A stretch of 59,737 nt of DNA, the filler included. It is 5 parts of 5 records of this genome, joined end to end, with 100 filler letters (N's around TTAATTAATTAA, not from the genome) between each part and the next. Parts side by side here need not be neighbours in the genome. Positions count along the whole stretch, not along the records: positions 1 to 31,957 come from SRR20825019_3029; 4 more parts are not named here. One strand, written 5' to 3'. The position numbers were made by a program, and so were the translations under genes. Positions 18,814 to 28,830 of the stretch are shown in pieces (positions within the stretch are counted from its first letter, which is position 1; every line of letters starts with the position of its first letter). The notes under the pieces were generated by a model, which was given only the letters and a program-made list of their open reading frames with translations, was not told the DNA's origin and did no database searches.

Positions 18814-20087
18814 TGGCAAGAGACACTAAAATTTTCGCCCTTATTGAAGCTGAAAAACAACGTCAATTAAACGGAATCGAGCTGATCGCTTCTGAAAACT
18901 TCGTGAGTGATGACGTAATGAACGCGATGGGAAGCGTTCTTACAAATAAATACGCGGAAGGACTTCCTGGAAAACGCTATTATGGTGGTTGCCAAATTGT
19001 CGATGAAGTTGAAACACTTGCCATTGATCGATTGAAAGAATTGTTTGGTGCGGAATGGGTTAACGTTCAGCCGCATTCAGGCGCTCAAGCTAACACTGCT
19101 GTTTTTCTGGCATGTTTGCAACCAGGAGATAAAATTTTAGGCTTCGATCTCTCTCATGGCGGACACTTGACACACGGTTCTCCTGTGAATTTCTCTGGAA
19201 AATTCTTTGAGCCACATTTTTACGGAGTCAACAAAGAAACAGGTCGCGTTGATTATGACCTGATGGAAGAAGTTGCCATGCGCGAAAAGCCAAAAATGAT
19301 TATTTGTGGAGCTTCTGCCTACAGTCGTGATTGGGATTATGAGCGAATTCGTGCAATTGCAGATACCATTGGAGCACTTGTATTGGCAGATATCTCGCAT
19401 CCAGCAGGATTGATCGCTACAGGCTTCCTAAACGATCCAATGAAACATTGCCATATCGTTACTTCAACAACGCATAAAACACTACGTGGACCGCGTGGAG
19501 GAGTAATTATGTTGGGACAAAACTTCGACAATCCATTCGGACTTAAATGGAATAATGGGAATCCTAAATCGATGGCAGCATTATTAGATGCGGCTGTATT
19601 TCCTGGAACACAAGGAGGACCTTTGGAACACGTAATTGCCGCTAAAGCTGTTGCTTTTGGTGAAGCTCTAACCGACAACTTTAAGGTATATAATCAAAAC
19701 GTGAAAACGAATGCGAGCGTGATGGCCGATGAATTCGTAAAACGTGGATATTCCGTTATTTCTGGGGGAACAGAAAATCACTCTATGTTGATTGATTTGC
19801 GTTCGAAAGGTGTGAACGGAAAAGATGCGGAGATCGCACTTGGAAAAGCAGATATCACCGTAAATAAAAACATGGTTCCATTTGATACAGAATCACCGTT
19901 TGTAACGTCAGGAATTCGAGTAGGAACTCCAGCAATTACTACGCGTGGAGTCGATTCTTCTGAGATTATTTCAATTGTTGAATTAATCGATGAGGCAATT
20001 ATTAATAACGCGAATGATGCTAAACTTTCGTCAATTAAAGGAAATGTGAACGACTTAATGTCATCAAGACCGCTGTTTAAGTGGTAA
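18813..20087 (+). CDS. glyA: Serine hydroxymethyltransferase
   Basis: [31 protein letters not shown] (PLP lysine) and FPGTQGGP. Confidence 0.98.
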   Translation: MARDTKIFALIEAEKQRQLNGIELIASENFVSDDVMNAMGSVLTNKYAEGLPGKRYYGGCQIVDEVETLAIDRLKELFGAEWVNVQPHSGAQANTAVFLACLQPGDKILGFDLSHGGHLTHGSPVNFSGKFFEPHFYGVNKETGRVDYDLMEEVAMREKPKMIICGASAYSRDWDYERIRAIADTIGALVLADISHPAGLIATGFLNDPMKHCHIVTSTTHKTLRGPRGGVIMLGQNFDNPFGLKWNNGNPKSMAALLDAAVFPGTQGGPLEHVIAAKAVAFGEALTDNFKVYNQNVKTNASVMADEFVKRGYSVISGGTENHSMLIDLRSKGVNGKDAEIALGKADITVNKNMVPFDTESPFVTSGIRVGTPAITTRGVDSSEIISIVELIDEAIINNANDAKLSSIKGNVNDLMSSRPLFKW

Positions 20088-20109
20088 TCATTTCTCAACT
20101 ATAACTTTT

Positions 20110-20142
20110 AAACTCCGTGGATTCTTCTTCGGAGTTTTTTTT
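20110..20142 (+). terminator. Rho-independent terminator after glyA
   Basis: AAACTCCG...CGGAGTTT stem followed by a T run. Confidence 0.8.
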
Positions 20143-20229
20143 CGTCTAATCGCTTAGACATGTATCTAAAAACGAAAAGGTTAAATTCAAAAACACGCAC
20201 TTCCCATTAAATTTTTCCTTATTTGTAAA

Positions 20230-21777
20230 ATGAAAACAGTTTTAATCCTTGCTTCAATACTCTCATCTTCCTTCACTTTTGCTCAAAATGTACTTGTGGA
20301 TGATATTTTTGCTCCGAACGAGCCGAGCATTATGTTCGATCCAAATGATCCTTCAAAAATGGTCGCTGGTGCCAACATAGACTTGTGCTTCACTAGTTCA
20401 GATTTTGGACAAACATGGACTAAAGTGGATATCAACTCGACTTTCGGCGTATGGGGCGATCCAGTAATAGATGTGGATCTGAATGGAGATTTCTATTTCT
20501 TTCACCTCTCAGACCCTCCTGGATCGGCATGGGTAGATCGAATTGTTTGTCAAAAGTCATCCGATCAAGGTGCGACGTGGACCAATGGAACTTATACGGG
20601 ATTGAACGGCTCAAAAATTCAAGATAAACATTGGAGTGCAATTGATCGTTCGAACAACAATATTTACCTTACATGGACGCAGTTTGATAATTACGCAAGC
20701 TCCAATCCACTGGACAGCAGTACAATTCTCTTCTCAAAATCTACCGATGCTGGATCAACTTGGAGCACACCACTCCGCATCAATAAACAAGCTGGAGATT
20801 GCGTTGATAGCGATATGACCACCGAAGGAGCGACACCCGCAATCGGTCCAAATGGAGAAATTTATGTTGCCTGGGCTGGTCCAAATGGAATCATGTTTGA
20901 TCGTTCACTGGATGGCGGATCGACATGGTTAGACAATGATATTTTCGTGGATGCAATGCCTACTGGTTGGGACTACGCAATTCCTGGGATTTATCGAAGT
21001 AACGGGCTTCCCATTACCAAATGCGACACGAGCGGCGGTCCGAATAATGGAACAATTTATATCAACTGGTCCGATCAACGAAACGGTCCAGATGATACCG
21101 AAATTTGGCTAGCGAAATCGACAGACGGAGGAAACACCTGGAGCGCACCGATATTGGTAAATGATGACAACACAGGACGTCATCAATTCATGACTTGGAT
21201 GGACATTGATCAAACGACAGGAAATTTGTTTTTTGTTTTCTACGATCGAAGAAACTTCACTGATGAAAGCACGGAAGTAACGATGGCGATTTCTCAAGAT
21301 GGAGGAACTACGTTTAGCAATCAGATAATTAGTGAAACTCCATTCTTTCCTTATGAAGGAATCTTTTTTGGAGACTATACAAATATTGTCGCACATGACG
21401 GAATTGTGCGCCCGATTTGGACGCGAATGGATAATGTTACCTTGAGTATCTGGACAGACGTTACACCTATTTCGTCTTTGCTAGTCAACGAGCATCCACC
21501 TATTCACTCAACCGTTGAAGTGAAACAGTATCCCAATCCGACAAATACGAACAGTTACATCTCTTTCAAACTTCGCGATAATCAATCTGTCAGTTTGCAA
21601 ATTCATGATGCTTTTGGTCATCAGATTCATCAAATTGTAGATCAAAAAAAATATGGATTCGGAACTCATGTCTTAACGATTCCTGTAACGGAGCTGAATC
21701 TCGCATCAGGCGTGTATTATACTGTATTAACAGTTGGAGATAAAACAAAAGTTCAGAAATTAGTAGTCATCGATTAG
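20230..21777 (+). CDS. Asp-box (BNR) beta-propeller, sialidase-fold protein with T9SS sorting domain
   Basis: Six SxDxGxTW/F boxes; signal peptide; C-terminal YPNP...SGVYY...KLVV. Confidence 0.85.
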   Translation: MKTVLILASILSSSFTFAQNVLVDDIFAPNEPSIMFDPNDPSKMVAGANIDLCFTSSDFGQTWTKVDINSTFGVWGDPVIDVDLNGDFYFFHLSDPPGSAWVDRIVCQKSSDQGATWTNGTYTGLNGSKIQDKHWSAIDRSNNNIYLTWTQFDNYASSNPLDSSTILFSKSTDAGSTWSTPLRINKQAGDCVDSDMTTEGATPAIGPNGEIYVAWAGPNGIMFDRSLDGGSTWLDNDIFVDAMPTGWDYAIPGIYRSNGLPITKCDTSGGPNNGTIYINWSDQRNGPDDTEIWLAKSTDGGNTWSAPILVNDDNTGRHQFMTWMDIDQTTGNLFFVFYDRRNFTDESTEVTMAISQDGGTTFSNQIISETPFFPYEGIFFGDYTNIVAHDGIVRPIWTRMDNVTLSIWTDVTPISSLLVNEHPPIHSTVEVKQYPNPTNTNSYISFKLRDNQSVSLQIHDAFGHQIHQIVDQKKYGFGTHVLTIPVTELNLASGVYYTVLTVGDKTKVQKLVVID

Positions 21778-21870
21778 CGCACACTTTCCACCGAATGAAA
21801 CAATTTGTTTAGAGAAAATTATTAGAGTTTCTTCCACTAAAGCAAAATAAAATGAGGAAATTGAGTTTAT

Positions 21871-22305
21871 CTACGGATAAGCGATAATAGGCATCATTGT
21901 AAAAGAATCAACAATAATATTGAAATCCTTAATTTCATTCGAAAGAATGATCAATGCTTCACCTTCGAATGTTGGTTTCTCGATCGCTTCATTAACTTCA
22001 AACTGTTTCACCTCAAACCCTCCGTAATCGCGCCCTTCATCAATCGAAACACTGAAATATACTACGGCCACGGTATCATTCAAGATTCTTAATTGACCAC
22101 TCATTGGATATTCTTGATTCTTGAGCCAAACTCTGGCTACACTCAACGAGTTAAATGATATATAACAATCCAACTGAACTTCATAGCGTGTCCCATGAAC
22201 ACAACAAACGCCGCCTACCCAAGGAGTAGCTTCCGCACGTGTAACATTCTGAGCGCTTGCCACACCAGAAATTAAAAAAAGGAAGACTGTTATTATCGTT
22301 TTCAT
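21871..22305 (-). CDS. Exported hypothetical protein
   Basis: Signal peptide ending ASAQ; WVGGVCC motif; ends IAYP. Confidence 0.65.
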   Translation of the reverse strand: MKTIITVFLFLISGVASAQNVTRAEATPWVGGVCCVHGTRYEVQLDCYISFNSLSVARVWLKNQEYPMSGQLRILNDTVAVVYFSVSIDEGRDYGGFEVKQFEVNEAIEKPTFEGEALIILSNEIKDFNIIVDSFTMMPIIAYP

Positions 22306-22403
22306 TGTGTTATTTATTCTTCAGTACAACGGATTTGCCAATTGGTTCAATCAACTCCTTTGTCTTGGCACTATCTTTGGTTTTCTTTTTCAAAATTCAG
22401 GAT

Positions 22404-23642
22404 ATGAAACACCTATACCATTTAATTCTCGCTTCCCTTTTCATTCAGTTTTCCACTCAAGCGCAGGTTGTAGTGTATGATCAAGATTTTTCAGGAGCCA
22501 ACATTTCCATTTCAAGCAACTGGAACATTACTGACGCCGATCAAATCTGGAATGACCGAATCAGTTCGATTGATCTCGCAGAGGGCTATAAAATTATCCT
22601 TTTTGAGAATCAGAATTTCACAGGTGAACAGTTAGAAATCACAAAAGCGACTTCATTCAAGGACAATTTATCGCATTGGAATGACCGAGTTTCATCTTTA
22701 AAAATCATTCAAATAACGAGTGGATTTTCGCTCTACTATTCAACTTATTATGAGCATGGTGGTCAATGGATTAGAATGGATGATTTCGTGCTTAATTCGG
22801 CAGGAAACTTATTCTATGGAACAGGAAAAATTGAAAATCCGAAAGCCACTGGTAAAATGATTTCTTGGAATCAAGATCAGCGCAATCAATCTGACGGAGC
22901 AATTACATTTAATGAAGAATCATTATCTGGTTGGATAAAATATCCAGGTTTGGGGAAAGTCACAATTAAGGGAGAATTCATTGAAAAAGTCCAAAATACC
23001 TATCCTCCATTTATTGCTCGAAGAAATTCTTCAAGTTCTCCTTCCAACGTTGTGAATTTTTCAAACAATGCTGCTGGAGCCGTAAAATTGTACCTAAGTG
23101 ACGATTTTAAAGGAGAAAGCAAACTAATTACGGAGAATTGGTCTCCTGAAGGATTTGATGAAACGTACAAATGGGGTGGAAAGATTAATTCAATTAAAGT
23201 TCCCGAAGGTTGGTCAATTAGAATGTATCGATTCTCAAAATATGGCGGATCTTACCTTGAAATGAGCGATAATTGGTCTGCAAAAGACTATCCCGACTGG
23301 AAAAATGAGATTGAATCGATTAAAATTGTACGAAAACAAGAAAACACATTGTATCCATATCAACAATCGGTTTCAAATGGGATCAAAATTTACCTTACGG
23401 AAGATTATACTGGCGAGAGCAAACTCATCTCTAGCGATTGGAACCCGAAAGATTTTGAGGATACGTATAAGTGGGGAGGTAAAATTAATTCAATCCGAAT
23501 TCCCGAAGGTTGGGCCATACGCATGTATCGTTTTTCAGATTTTGGAGGATCTTACCTCGAAATGAGTGATGATTGGTCTGCGAAAGACTTCCCAGATTGG
23601 GCCAATGAAATTGAGTGTATTAAAATTGTGAAAAAGCCTTGA
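22404..23642 (+). CDS. Exported protein with three beta/gamma-crystallin domains
   Basis: Start moved to ATG 22404 (signal peptide). Greek-key Y/FxxxxF/YxG motifs with WNDRISS and WNDRVSS; two further crystallin domains at the C terminus. Confidence 0.85.
   Translation: MKHLYHLILASLFIQFSTQAQVVVYDQDFSGANISISSNWNITDADQIWNDRISSIDLAEGYKIILFENQNFTGEQLEITKATSFKDNLSHWNDRVSSLKIIQITSGFSLYYSTYYEHGGQWIRMDDFVLNSAGNLFYGTGKIENPKATGKMISWNQDQRNQSDGAITFNEESLSGWIKYPGLGKVTIKGEFIEKVQNTYPPFIARRNSSSSPSNVVNFSNNAAGAVKLYLSDDFKGESKLITENWSPEGFDETYKWGGKINSIKVPEGWSIRMYRFSKYGGSYLEMSDNWSAKDYPDWKNEIESIKIVRKQENTLYPYQQSVSNGIKIYLTEDYTGESKLISSDWNPKDFEDTYKWGGKINSIRIPEGWAIRMYRFSDFGGSYLEMSDDWSAKDFPDWANEIECIKIVKKP
23082..23630 (+). 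repeat. Intragenic tandem duplication, period 300 bp (copies 23082-23330 and 23382-23630)
   Basis: The two 83-aa domains align without gaps; 60/83 residues identical by hand count. Confidence 0.92.
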
Positions 23643-23649
23643 TTGTCAA

Positions 23650-24444
23650 TCAGGTTGCGCTTTGCTTCTTAATCACCTTCCAAAACAATTTAGGGAAAAA
23701 GCGTTTTAAAGTTACCGCTTTGATTTCTTTCTTCCCGATCAACACTTCTGGTTTCTTAGCAATGGTCGCTTGAATAATCTCACGTGCACATTCACTCGCA
23801 GCCATGCCTGTTTCTTGGTTGTGATCCATTACTCCGTGACTGTCGCCAGAAGCGTTTAGTGCATTCACAGAGATTTGCGTATTGATCTTACCTGGGCAAA
23901 CAATCGTTACGAAAACATTATTCTTTTCTTCCTCCAGCATTAAACTCTCGTAGAATCCGTGTAGCGCATGTTTTGACGCACTGTAAGCACTTCTTAGGAA
24001 GAAACCAAACTTCCCTGCAATGCTTGAAATCACGATGAAATGTCCAGACTTTTGTGCTCTAAAAACGGGTAAAATGGCTTTCGTAAGCGCGATATTTCCA
24101 AAATAATTCGTTTCCATGATCCTACGATCTACTTCCATTGGAGTTTCGTGCACTTCAGAGCGTTGCGAAATCCCACCATTATTGAACAGGTAATCTATTT
24201 TACCAAAATGATCTACAACCTTTTTGACGAGTTCAGGAAAATTGGATGAATTCTCTAAATCCAACGCAACAACTAGATGATTTTCACTATTCGGGAGCTT
24301 ATTCTTGAGTGCTTCCAACTTTTCCACATTTCGCGCTGACAATACAAGCTTAGCTCCAGCAGTTGCCATTTGTAGAGCAATCTCCTCTCCTATTCCGGAA
24401 GAAGCTCCTGTAACCCAAACGATTTTGTCTTGAAATGTTTTCAT
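23650..24444 (-). CDS. Short-chain dehydrogenase/reductase (DHRS7-like)
   Basis: VTGASSGIG, NNGG, ISSIAG and YSASK. Confidence 0.93.
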   Translation of the reverse strand: MKTFQDKIVWVTGASSGIGEEIALQMATAGAKLVLSARNVEKLEALKNKLPNSENHLVVALDLENSSNFPELVKKVVDHFGKIDYLFNNGGISQRSEVHETPMEVDRRIMETNYFGNIALTKAILPVFRAQKSGHFIVISSIAGKFGFFLRSAYSASKHALHGFYESLMLEEEKNNVFVTIVCPGKINTQISVNALNASGDSHGVMDHNQETGMAASECAREIIQATIAKKPEVLIGKKEIKAVTLKRFFPKLFWKVIKKQSAT

Positions 24445-24492
24445 AGAGTAAAACTAGCGATTCGTAGCAATGATTTCGTAAGCTTCTAAAAT

Positions 24493-24523
24493 AAAAAAAT
24501 CCCATCTGATCGCTCAAATGGGA
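24493..24523 (-). terminator. Rho-independent terminator (minus strand)
   Basis: Minus strand reads TCCCATTTGA-GCGA-TCAGATGGGA-TTTTTTT just after the stop at 24545. Confidence 0.75.
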
Positions 24524-24544
24524 AGAAAGTCCAATGCTGAAATC

Positions 24545-24964
24545 CTATAAATCGTCAGGAAGTGCAGCAGGCTTAAATGATTTTGCTTTTGGTTTTAACG
24601 TTTCGATAAACACCACTTTAAATTTTTCACCATCAATATTGAAGATCATTTCTGAAATTCCATTTACGATTGTTGGTGGTTGTTTTTTCGAATTATAGAA
24701 CTTTTTCTCCATTAACTCATACGTATTATCATCGTATTGAACGAAGATATTCACGATAAGCCCATTTTCAACTCGGGCTTTTCCAGAGATACAGTATGAA
24801 CCGCCATCTTCAAAAAACGAGAGAATCACATTTCTGTGGATGTCATCAGAAACCGAATATGCCCCTCTATCATCAAATGCTTTTTGTAGTTTGATAAAGC
24901 AATCTTGTGCATTCAATGAAGCGGTGATGAAAATAGCACAGATTAAAAGTAAACTTTTCTTCAT
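24545..24964 (-). CDS. Exported hypothetical protein
   Basis: Signal peptide ending LNAQ; has its own terminator. Confidence 0.7.
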   Translation of the reverse strand: MKKSLLLICAIFITASLNAQDCFIKLQKAFDDRGAYSVSDDIHRNVILSFFEDGGSYCISGKARVENGLIVNIFVQYDDNTYELMEKKFYNSKKQPPTIVNGISEMIFNIDGEKFKVVFIETLKPKAKSFKPAALPDDL

Positions 24965-25050
24965 AGTTTGTTTTTGTTTTGAGCCTCGACTCGGTTTTCA
25001 AATATAGCAAGTTTGATTCAAATTTTTCCTACCTGCTTTTAATATTGTCT

Positions 25051-25058
25051 TATTTTTG
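25051..25058 (+). promoter_or_regulatory. Bacteroidota -7 promoter element
   Basis: TATTTTTG upstream of gmhA. Confidence 0.45.
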
Positions 25059-25074
25059 ACAAAAATCAATTGTG

Positions 25075-25644
25075 ATGAGTCAAAAACAAATAGCAGACCA
25101 ATTTTCGGAAGCATTTGAAATTTTGCAAATATTTAACACTCCTGAGAATTTCGAAAAGATCGAACTTGCCGGAAAAACGATGGTAACTTCCATTCAATCA
25201 GGAGGAAAAATTATTAGCTGTGGCAACGGTGGTTCCATGTGTGACGCAATGCATTTTGCTGAAGAACTCACTGGAAGATATCGAAATGACCGTCCAGCAA
25301 TCCCTGCAATTTCAATTTCAGACCCGAGTCATATTTCTTGCGTAGGGAATGATTACGGCTTTGATTTCATCTTTTCGCGTTATATTGAAGCTGTCGGAAA
25401 CAAGAATGATGTTCTTTTAGCAATCTCTACTAGCGGAAATTCGAAAAACATTTTGAATGCAATCGAGGTTGCTCGACAAAAAGGTATGAAAGTGATTGGT
25501 TTAACGGGGAAAACAGGTGGATCGATGGTTCCTCTTTGTGATGTTGAAATCCGTGCTCCACATTCCGAATATGCTGATCGCGCACAAGAAATTCATATCA
25601 AAGTGATTCATTCACTCATTGGTTATATTGAAAATAATCTTTAG
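25075..25644 (+). CDS. gmhA: Phosphoheptose (sedoheptulose-7-phosphate) isomerase
   Basis: [31 protein letters not shown] and QEIHIKVIH. Confidence 0.95.
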   Translation: MSQKQIADQFSEAFEILQIFNTPENFEKIELAGKTMVTSIQSGGKIISCGNGGSMCDAMHFAEELTGRYRNDRPAIPAISISDPSHISCVGNDYGFDFIFSRYIEAVGNKNDVLLAISTSGNSKNILNAIEVARQKGMKVIGLTGKTGGSMVPLCDVEIRAPHSEYADRAQEIHIKVIHSLIGYIENNL

Positions 25645-25671
25645 CAATACCCGCAAAGAAATTGAATTCAC

Positions 25672-25679
25672 TATCTTTG
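25672..25679 (+). promoter_or_regulatory. Bacteroidota -7 promoter element
   Basis: TATCTTTG lies 21 nt upstream of ATG 25701. Confidence 0.55.
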
Positions 25680-25700
25680 CGACGAAATTTAACATGAAAC

Positions 25701-26123
25701 ATGGGAACAATCGCACAACTTTTTGAATCTGGTGAACAAAGCGCCGACAAAGGACATTTCAACAATCTTGTAATGCTTGCACGTGTTGACGGTAAGATAG
25801 ATGAGGCTGAAATCAAATTGTTAACGCGCATTGCACAGCGTTTATCTCTTACTTCAGAGCAAGTGAAAGAAATTATCGAGCATTCAGATCAATATCCAAT
25901 GGTCCCTCCGGTTTCTAGAGAAGAACGTTACGAACGATTTATTTCGTTTGTTCAAATGATGCTTGTAGACGGAGGCGTAGATGCTTCTGAGAAAAAGCTA
26001 ATTGACAAATACGGAATCGCACTTGGATTTAAAACCGAAGGATTGAATGAGAAATACAAACTAATCTTAGATCACTTGAGAAGTGGGAAATCGAACGATG
26101 AAGTTTTGACGGCAATTATGTAA
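25701..26123 (+). CDS. TerB/DjlA-N-like family protein
   Basis: Two A/LxxDGxxDxxE motifs (ARVDGKIDEAE and LVDGGVDASE). Confidence 0.8.
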   Translation: MGTIAQLFESGEQSADKGHFNNLVMLARVDGKIDEAEIKLLTRIAQRLSLTSEQVKEIIEHSDQYPMVPPVSREERYERFISFVQMMLVDGGVDASEKKLIDKYGIALGFKTEGLNEKYKLILDHLRSGKSNDEVLTAIM

Positions 26124-26145
26124 TAATCGTTTTATGCTGATATTT

Positions 26146-26183
26146 AAAATGAGGCTCCCGAATTCGGCAGCCTCATTTTTTTT
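26146..26183 (+). terminator. Rho-independent terminator
   Basis: AAAATGAGGCT.CCG-AATT-CGG.AGCCTCATTTT followed by a T run. Confidence 0.85.
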
Positions 26184-26457
26184 GTACTGTAATCAAACAG
26201 TGTTGATTTTTTCTCTTACCAATCTTACAATTTAGTCAATGACTATTTTTTTGATTTCAAAGGAACCATTGTAGATTAACTTAACCATGTAAATTCCACT
26301 TGAAAAATTATCCAGCTGAATTGCGAGACTCATTCAAAAAAATAACGTTCTCCAATTTTTTAGTTTTATATTAGAAGCAAAGTTCATTTTTACATAAGAT
26401 GATTAGTCTCTTTCAATCAAGAAACATTAATCCATTTTTGGATCTGATAACTAGCCA

Positions 26458-28191
26458 ATGCCACAATCATTTTTTCTATTAAAACAACCTTTACTTATTC
26501 TTTTATCTTTAGTATTATTCGATTATTCTCTTTCGGCACAAACCGCATTTGGAAGCGTGGAAAGAATCGATTCTCTAAAGTCCGAACTTTCACATGTAAC
26601 AAACGACACCTCTAAAGTCTACATCTATTTAGAGCTTTCATACAATTATTCGCTTCATCATTCGGACAGCTCAATTTTAATTGCTCAAGAAGGAATTAAA
26701 CTTGCAAAAAATGGGATCCAAGCGACTACCAAAAAGAGTGTCAAGGAAAGACTCATTGAGCTCTCTTCATTATGTTCTGAATCAATTGCGGATCAATATC
26801 GACTCACCTCATCCTATTCAAAAGCAATTGGCTATTATCGAACCGCAATTGACGGAAGAAAAAAAATCCATTTAGCAGGCTGTGCCTACGTTTATAATAA
26901 AATGGCGATGTGTCATGCATACCTTAAAAATTACCCCGAGGCGCTTGAGATTTGCTATTTGTCCTTAGAAGAATCTGACACTATTTTAAACAAAACGAAG
27001 CCCGAATATGTAGTTGAATACCAAACGTTGAATATCGTTTCTAGCATTCATCATCGCGTGGAAAATTGGGAAAAAGCTATCGAGTATTACACCAAAAGTA
27101 TCCCTGTGATTGAAAAGGCACATCATAACAGAGGTCGAGCGAATTTATACAACAACCTTGCGATCGCACATAAAAAACTTGAACAATACAATAAGGCAGT
27201 AAAATACTTCCATTTGGCCTTGGCTGAAGATCAAGCATTAGAACCGAAACAGCTCATTCTTGTTCAATCGAATCTCTCAAGTGCACTTATTGAGCTCTCA
27301 AAATTTAAAGAAGCAGAAAAATTACTCGCCATAGCACTAGAAAAAAGTAACTCTCTAGAAGATAACACCGCTACCGCAATTGTTTATGGAAGAATGGCAG
27401 AGTTGGCATTTACACTGGGAAAAACAGAACTCGCGGAAATGTACTGCGAGAAATCGATGAATCTTACTGATAAACTCCCAGATGACATCTTCCAACTGAC
27501 GACATCTATTCTCATGAAAATCAATGAGCAAAAAAAGAACTGGGAAGAAGCCTACAACTACCAGCAACTTCATTCAAAAGTCTCTGAAAACATTGTAAAT
27601 CTAGAAATGCTAAGAGACGTGATTAATACAGAATCTAATCATGCTCGATTGTTGTTCACGAAAAAAAACAATTACATGGCTTCCCAAAAGGAAATACTAC
27701 TCAAAGAAGCCCACAAAAAAGCCGAGTCAGAAAAAAGAAAAAATCAACAGCATTCATTGATTACCATTGTTTCCATTTGCTGCCTGATAGGAGTATTAAT
27801 CATAACTTTTTTCTGGATTAAATACATGAGAAACAAAATCAAGGAAAAAGAAAAAATAGCGGAATCAGAACTAAAAATTCTTTTGAAAGAAATCAATCTT
27901 CTTAGGTCTAACCTAAATACACAACTGATTGAAAGTATTCCCGTTGATGCTGATTTGATTAATAATAATCTAGAACACCTCATGAAAACGTCATTAACCA
28001 ATCGAGAGATGGCCGTTTTAATTGAATTATGTAAAGGGAAAGAAAATAAATCGATTGCGGATAGTTTATTTATTTCCGTAAACACCGTAAGAACACACCT
28101 GTTGAAGATTTATGACAAACTGGAAGTTCACAACAGGACACAAGCCGTGAAAAAAGCAGAAAATCTCGCTCGATTAAACATGGACATGTAA
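26458..28191 (+). CDS. TPR-repeat / transmembrane / LuxR-HTH regulator
   Basis: Signal peptide, several TPRs (e.g. ANLYNNLAIAHKKLEQYNKAVKYFHLAL), one TM helix, C-terminal LTNRE...IADSLFISVNTVRTH...KL HTH. Confidence 0.88.
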   Translation: MPQSFFLLKQPLLILLSLVLFDYSLSAQTAFGSVERIDSLKSELSHVTNDTSKVYIYLELSYNYSLHHSDSSILIAQEGIKLAKNGIQATTKKSVKERLIELSSLCSESIADQYRLTSSYSKAIGYYRTAIDGRKKIHLAGCAYVYNKMAMCHAYLKNYPEALEICYLSLEESDTILNKTKPEYVVEYQTLNIVSSIHHRVENWEKAIEYYTKSIPVIEKAHHNRGRANLYNNLAIAHKKLEQYNKAVKYFHLALAEDQALEPKQLILVQSNLSSALIELSKFKEAEKLLAIALEKSNSLEDNTATAIVYGRMAELAFTLGKTELAEMYCEKSMNLTDKLPDDIFQLTTSILMKINEQKKNWEEAYNYQQLHSKVSENIVNLEMLRDVINTESNHARLLFTKKNNYMASQKEILLKEAHKKAESEKRKNQQHSLITIVSICCLIGVLIITFFWIKYMRNKIKEKEKIAESELKILLKEINLLRSNLNTQLIESIPVDADLINNNLEHLMKTSLTNREMAVLIELCKGKENKSIADSLFISVNTVRTHLLKIYDKLEVHNRTQAVKKAENLARLNMDM

Positions 28192-28340
28192 AACATTCTC
28201 ATATTTCAAATGAGGGATCAATGCTCAAAATCCATCAATTAAGAGCAAAATTCATTCATCACAACCCATAAATCGGTTAATTGTGAATAACTCCGTTGAT
28301 TCATTCATAAAATTTAACGATTCAACTTGTCAATATTCAC

Positions 28341-28348
28341 TAATTTTG
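28341..28348 (+). promoter_or_regulatory. Bacteroidota -7 promoter element
   Basis: TAATTTTG upstream of fur. Confidence 0.5.
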
Positions 28349-28365
28349 CTGCTTAATGAATGTGA

Positions 28366-28830
28366 ATGATTCAGGAAGAGTTACAAAGTACCGTTAAGGA
28401 CATTTTTTCAGCATACCTCGAGAAAAATGGGCATCGGAAAACACCCGAGCGCTTTGCCATACTCGCTGAAATTTACAATTACACAGGACATTTTGACATT
28501 GAGTCTCTGTATGTGGAGATGAAAAATCAAAACTACCGCGTTTCCAGAGCTACCTTATACAATACAATTGATCTTTTGCTCGCATGTAATTTAGTGCGAA
28601 AGCATCAATTTGGTAAGAATATCGCTCAATTTGAAAAATCACACGGTTCCAAACAACATGATCACGTGATTCTTACTGAATCAGGTGAATTATTAGAATT
28701 TTGTGATCCTCGAATTCAGCATATCAAAGCGACAATCGAAGAGATCTTTGGAGTAGATATTCAACACCACTCTCTTTATTTTTACGGCACACGTAAAACA
28801 GACGATAAGACTAAAACAAGCACTAAGTGA
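28366..28830 (+). CDS. fur: Fur-family transcriptional regulator
   Basis: [21 protein letters not shown] and HDH. Confidence 0.9.
   Translation: MIQEELQSTVKDIFSAYLEKNGHRKTPERFAILAEIYNYTGHFDIESLYVEMKNQNYRVSRATLYNTIDLLLACNLVRKHQFGKNIAQFEKSHGSKQHDHVILTESGELLEFCDPRIQHIKATIEEIFGVDIQHHSLYFYGTRKTDDKTKTSTK

Noticed and set aside
22257..22403. N-terminal extensions in the ORF track (also at 1586, 6074, 32742, 33539, 34450, 45025, 50625, 56568 and 56625)
   Set aside because: Downstream ATGs give proper signal peptides, RBSs or family N termini and avoid overlaps with neighbouring genes.
23082..23630. Direct repeat considered as a CRISPR array or a DGR template/variable-repeat pair
   Set aside because: Both copies are in-frame coding domains, differences are not confined to adenines, and no reverse transcriptase or cas gene is present.
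25701..26123. TerB-like gene as part of a tellurite-resistance or anti-phage ter cluster
   Set aside because: Single gene with its own promoter and terminator; no other ter or defence genes nearby.
28282..28290. Single DnaA-box match (TGTGAATAA, i.e. TTATTCACA on the minus strand) upstream of fur
   Set aside because: One box in AT-rich DNA is not evidence of an origin; no clear cluster was found. A regulatory role cannot be excluded.
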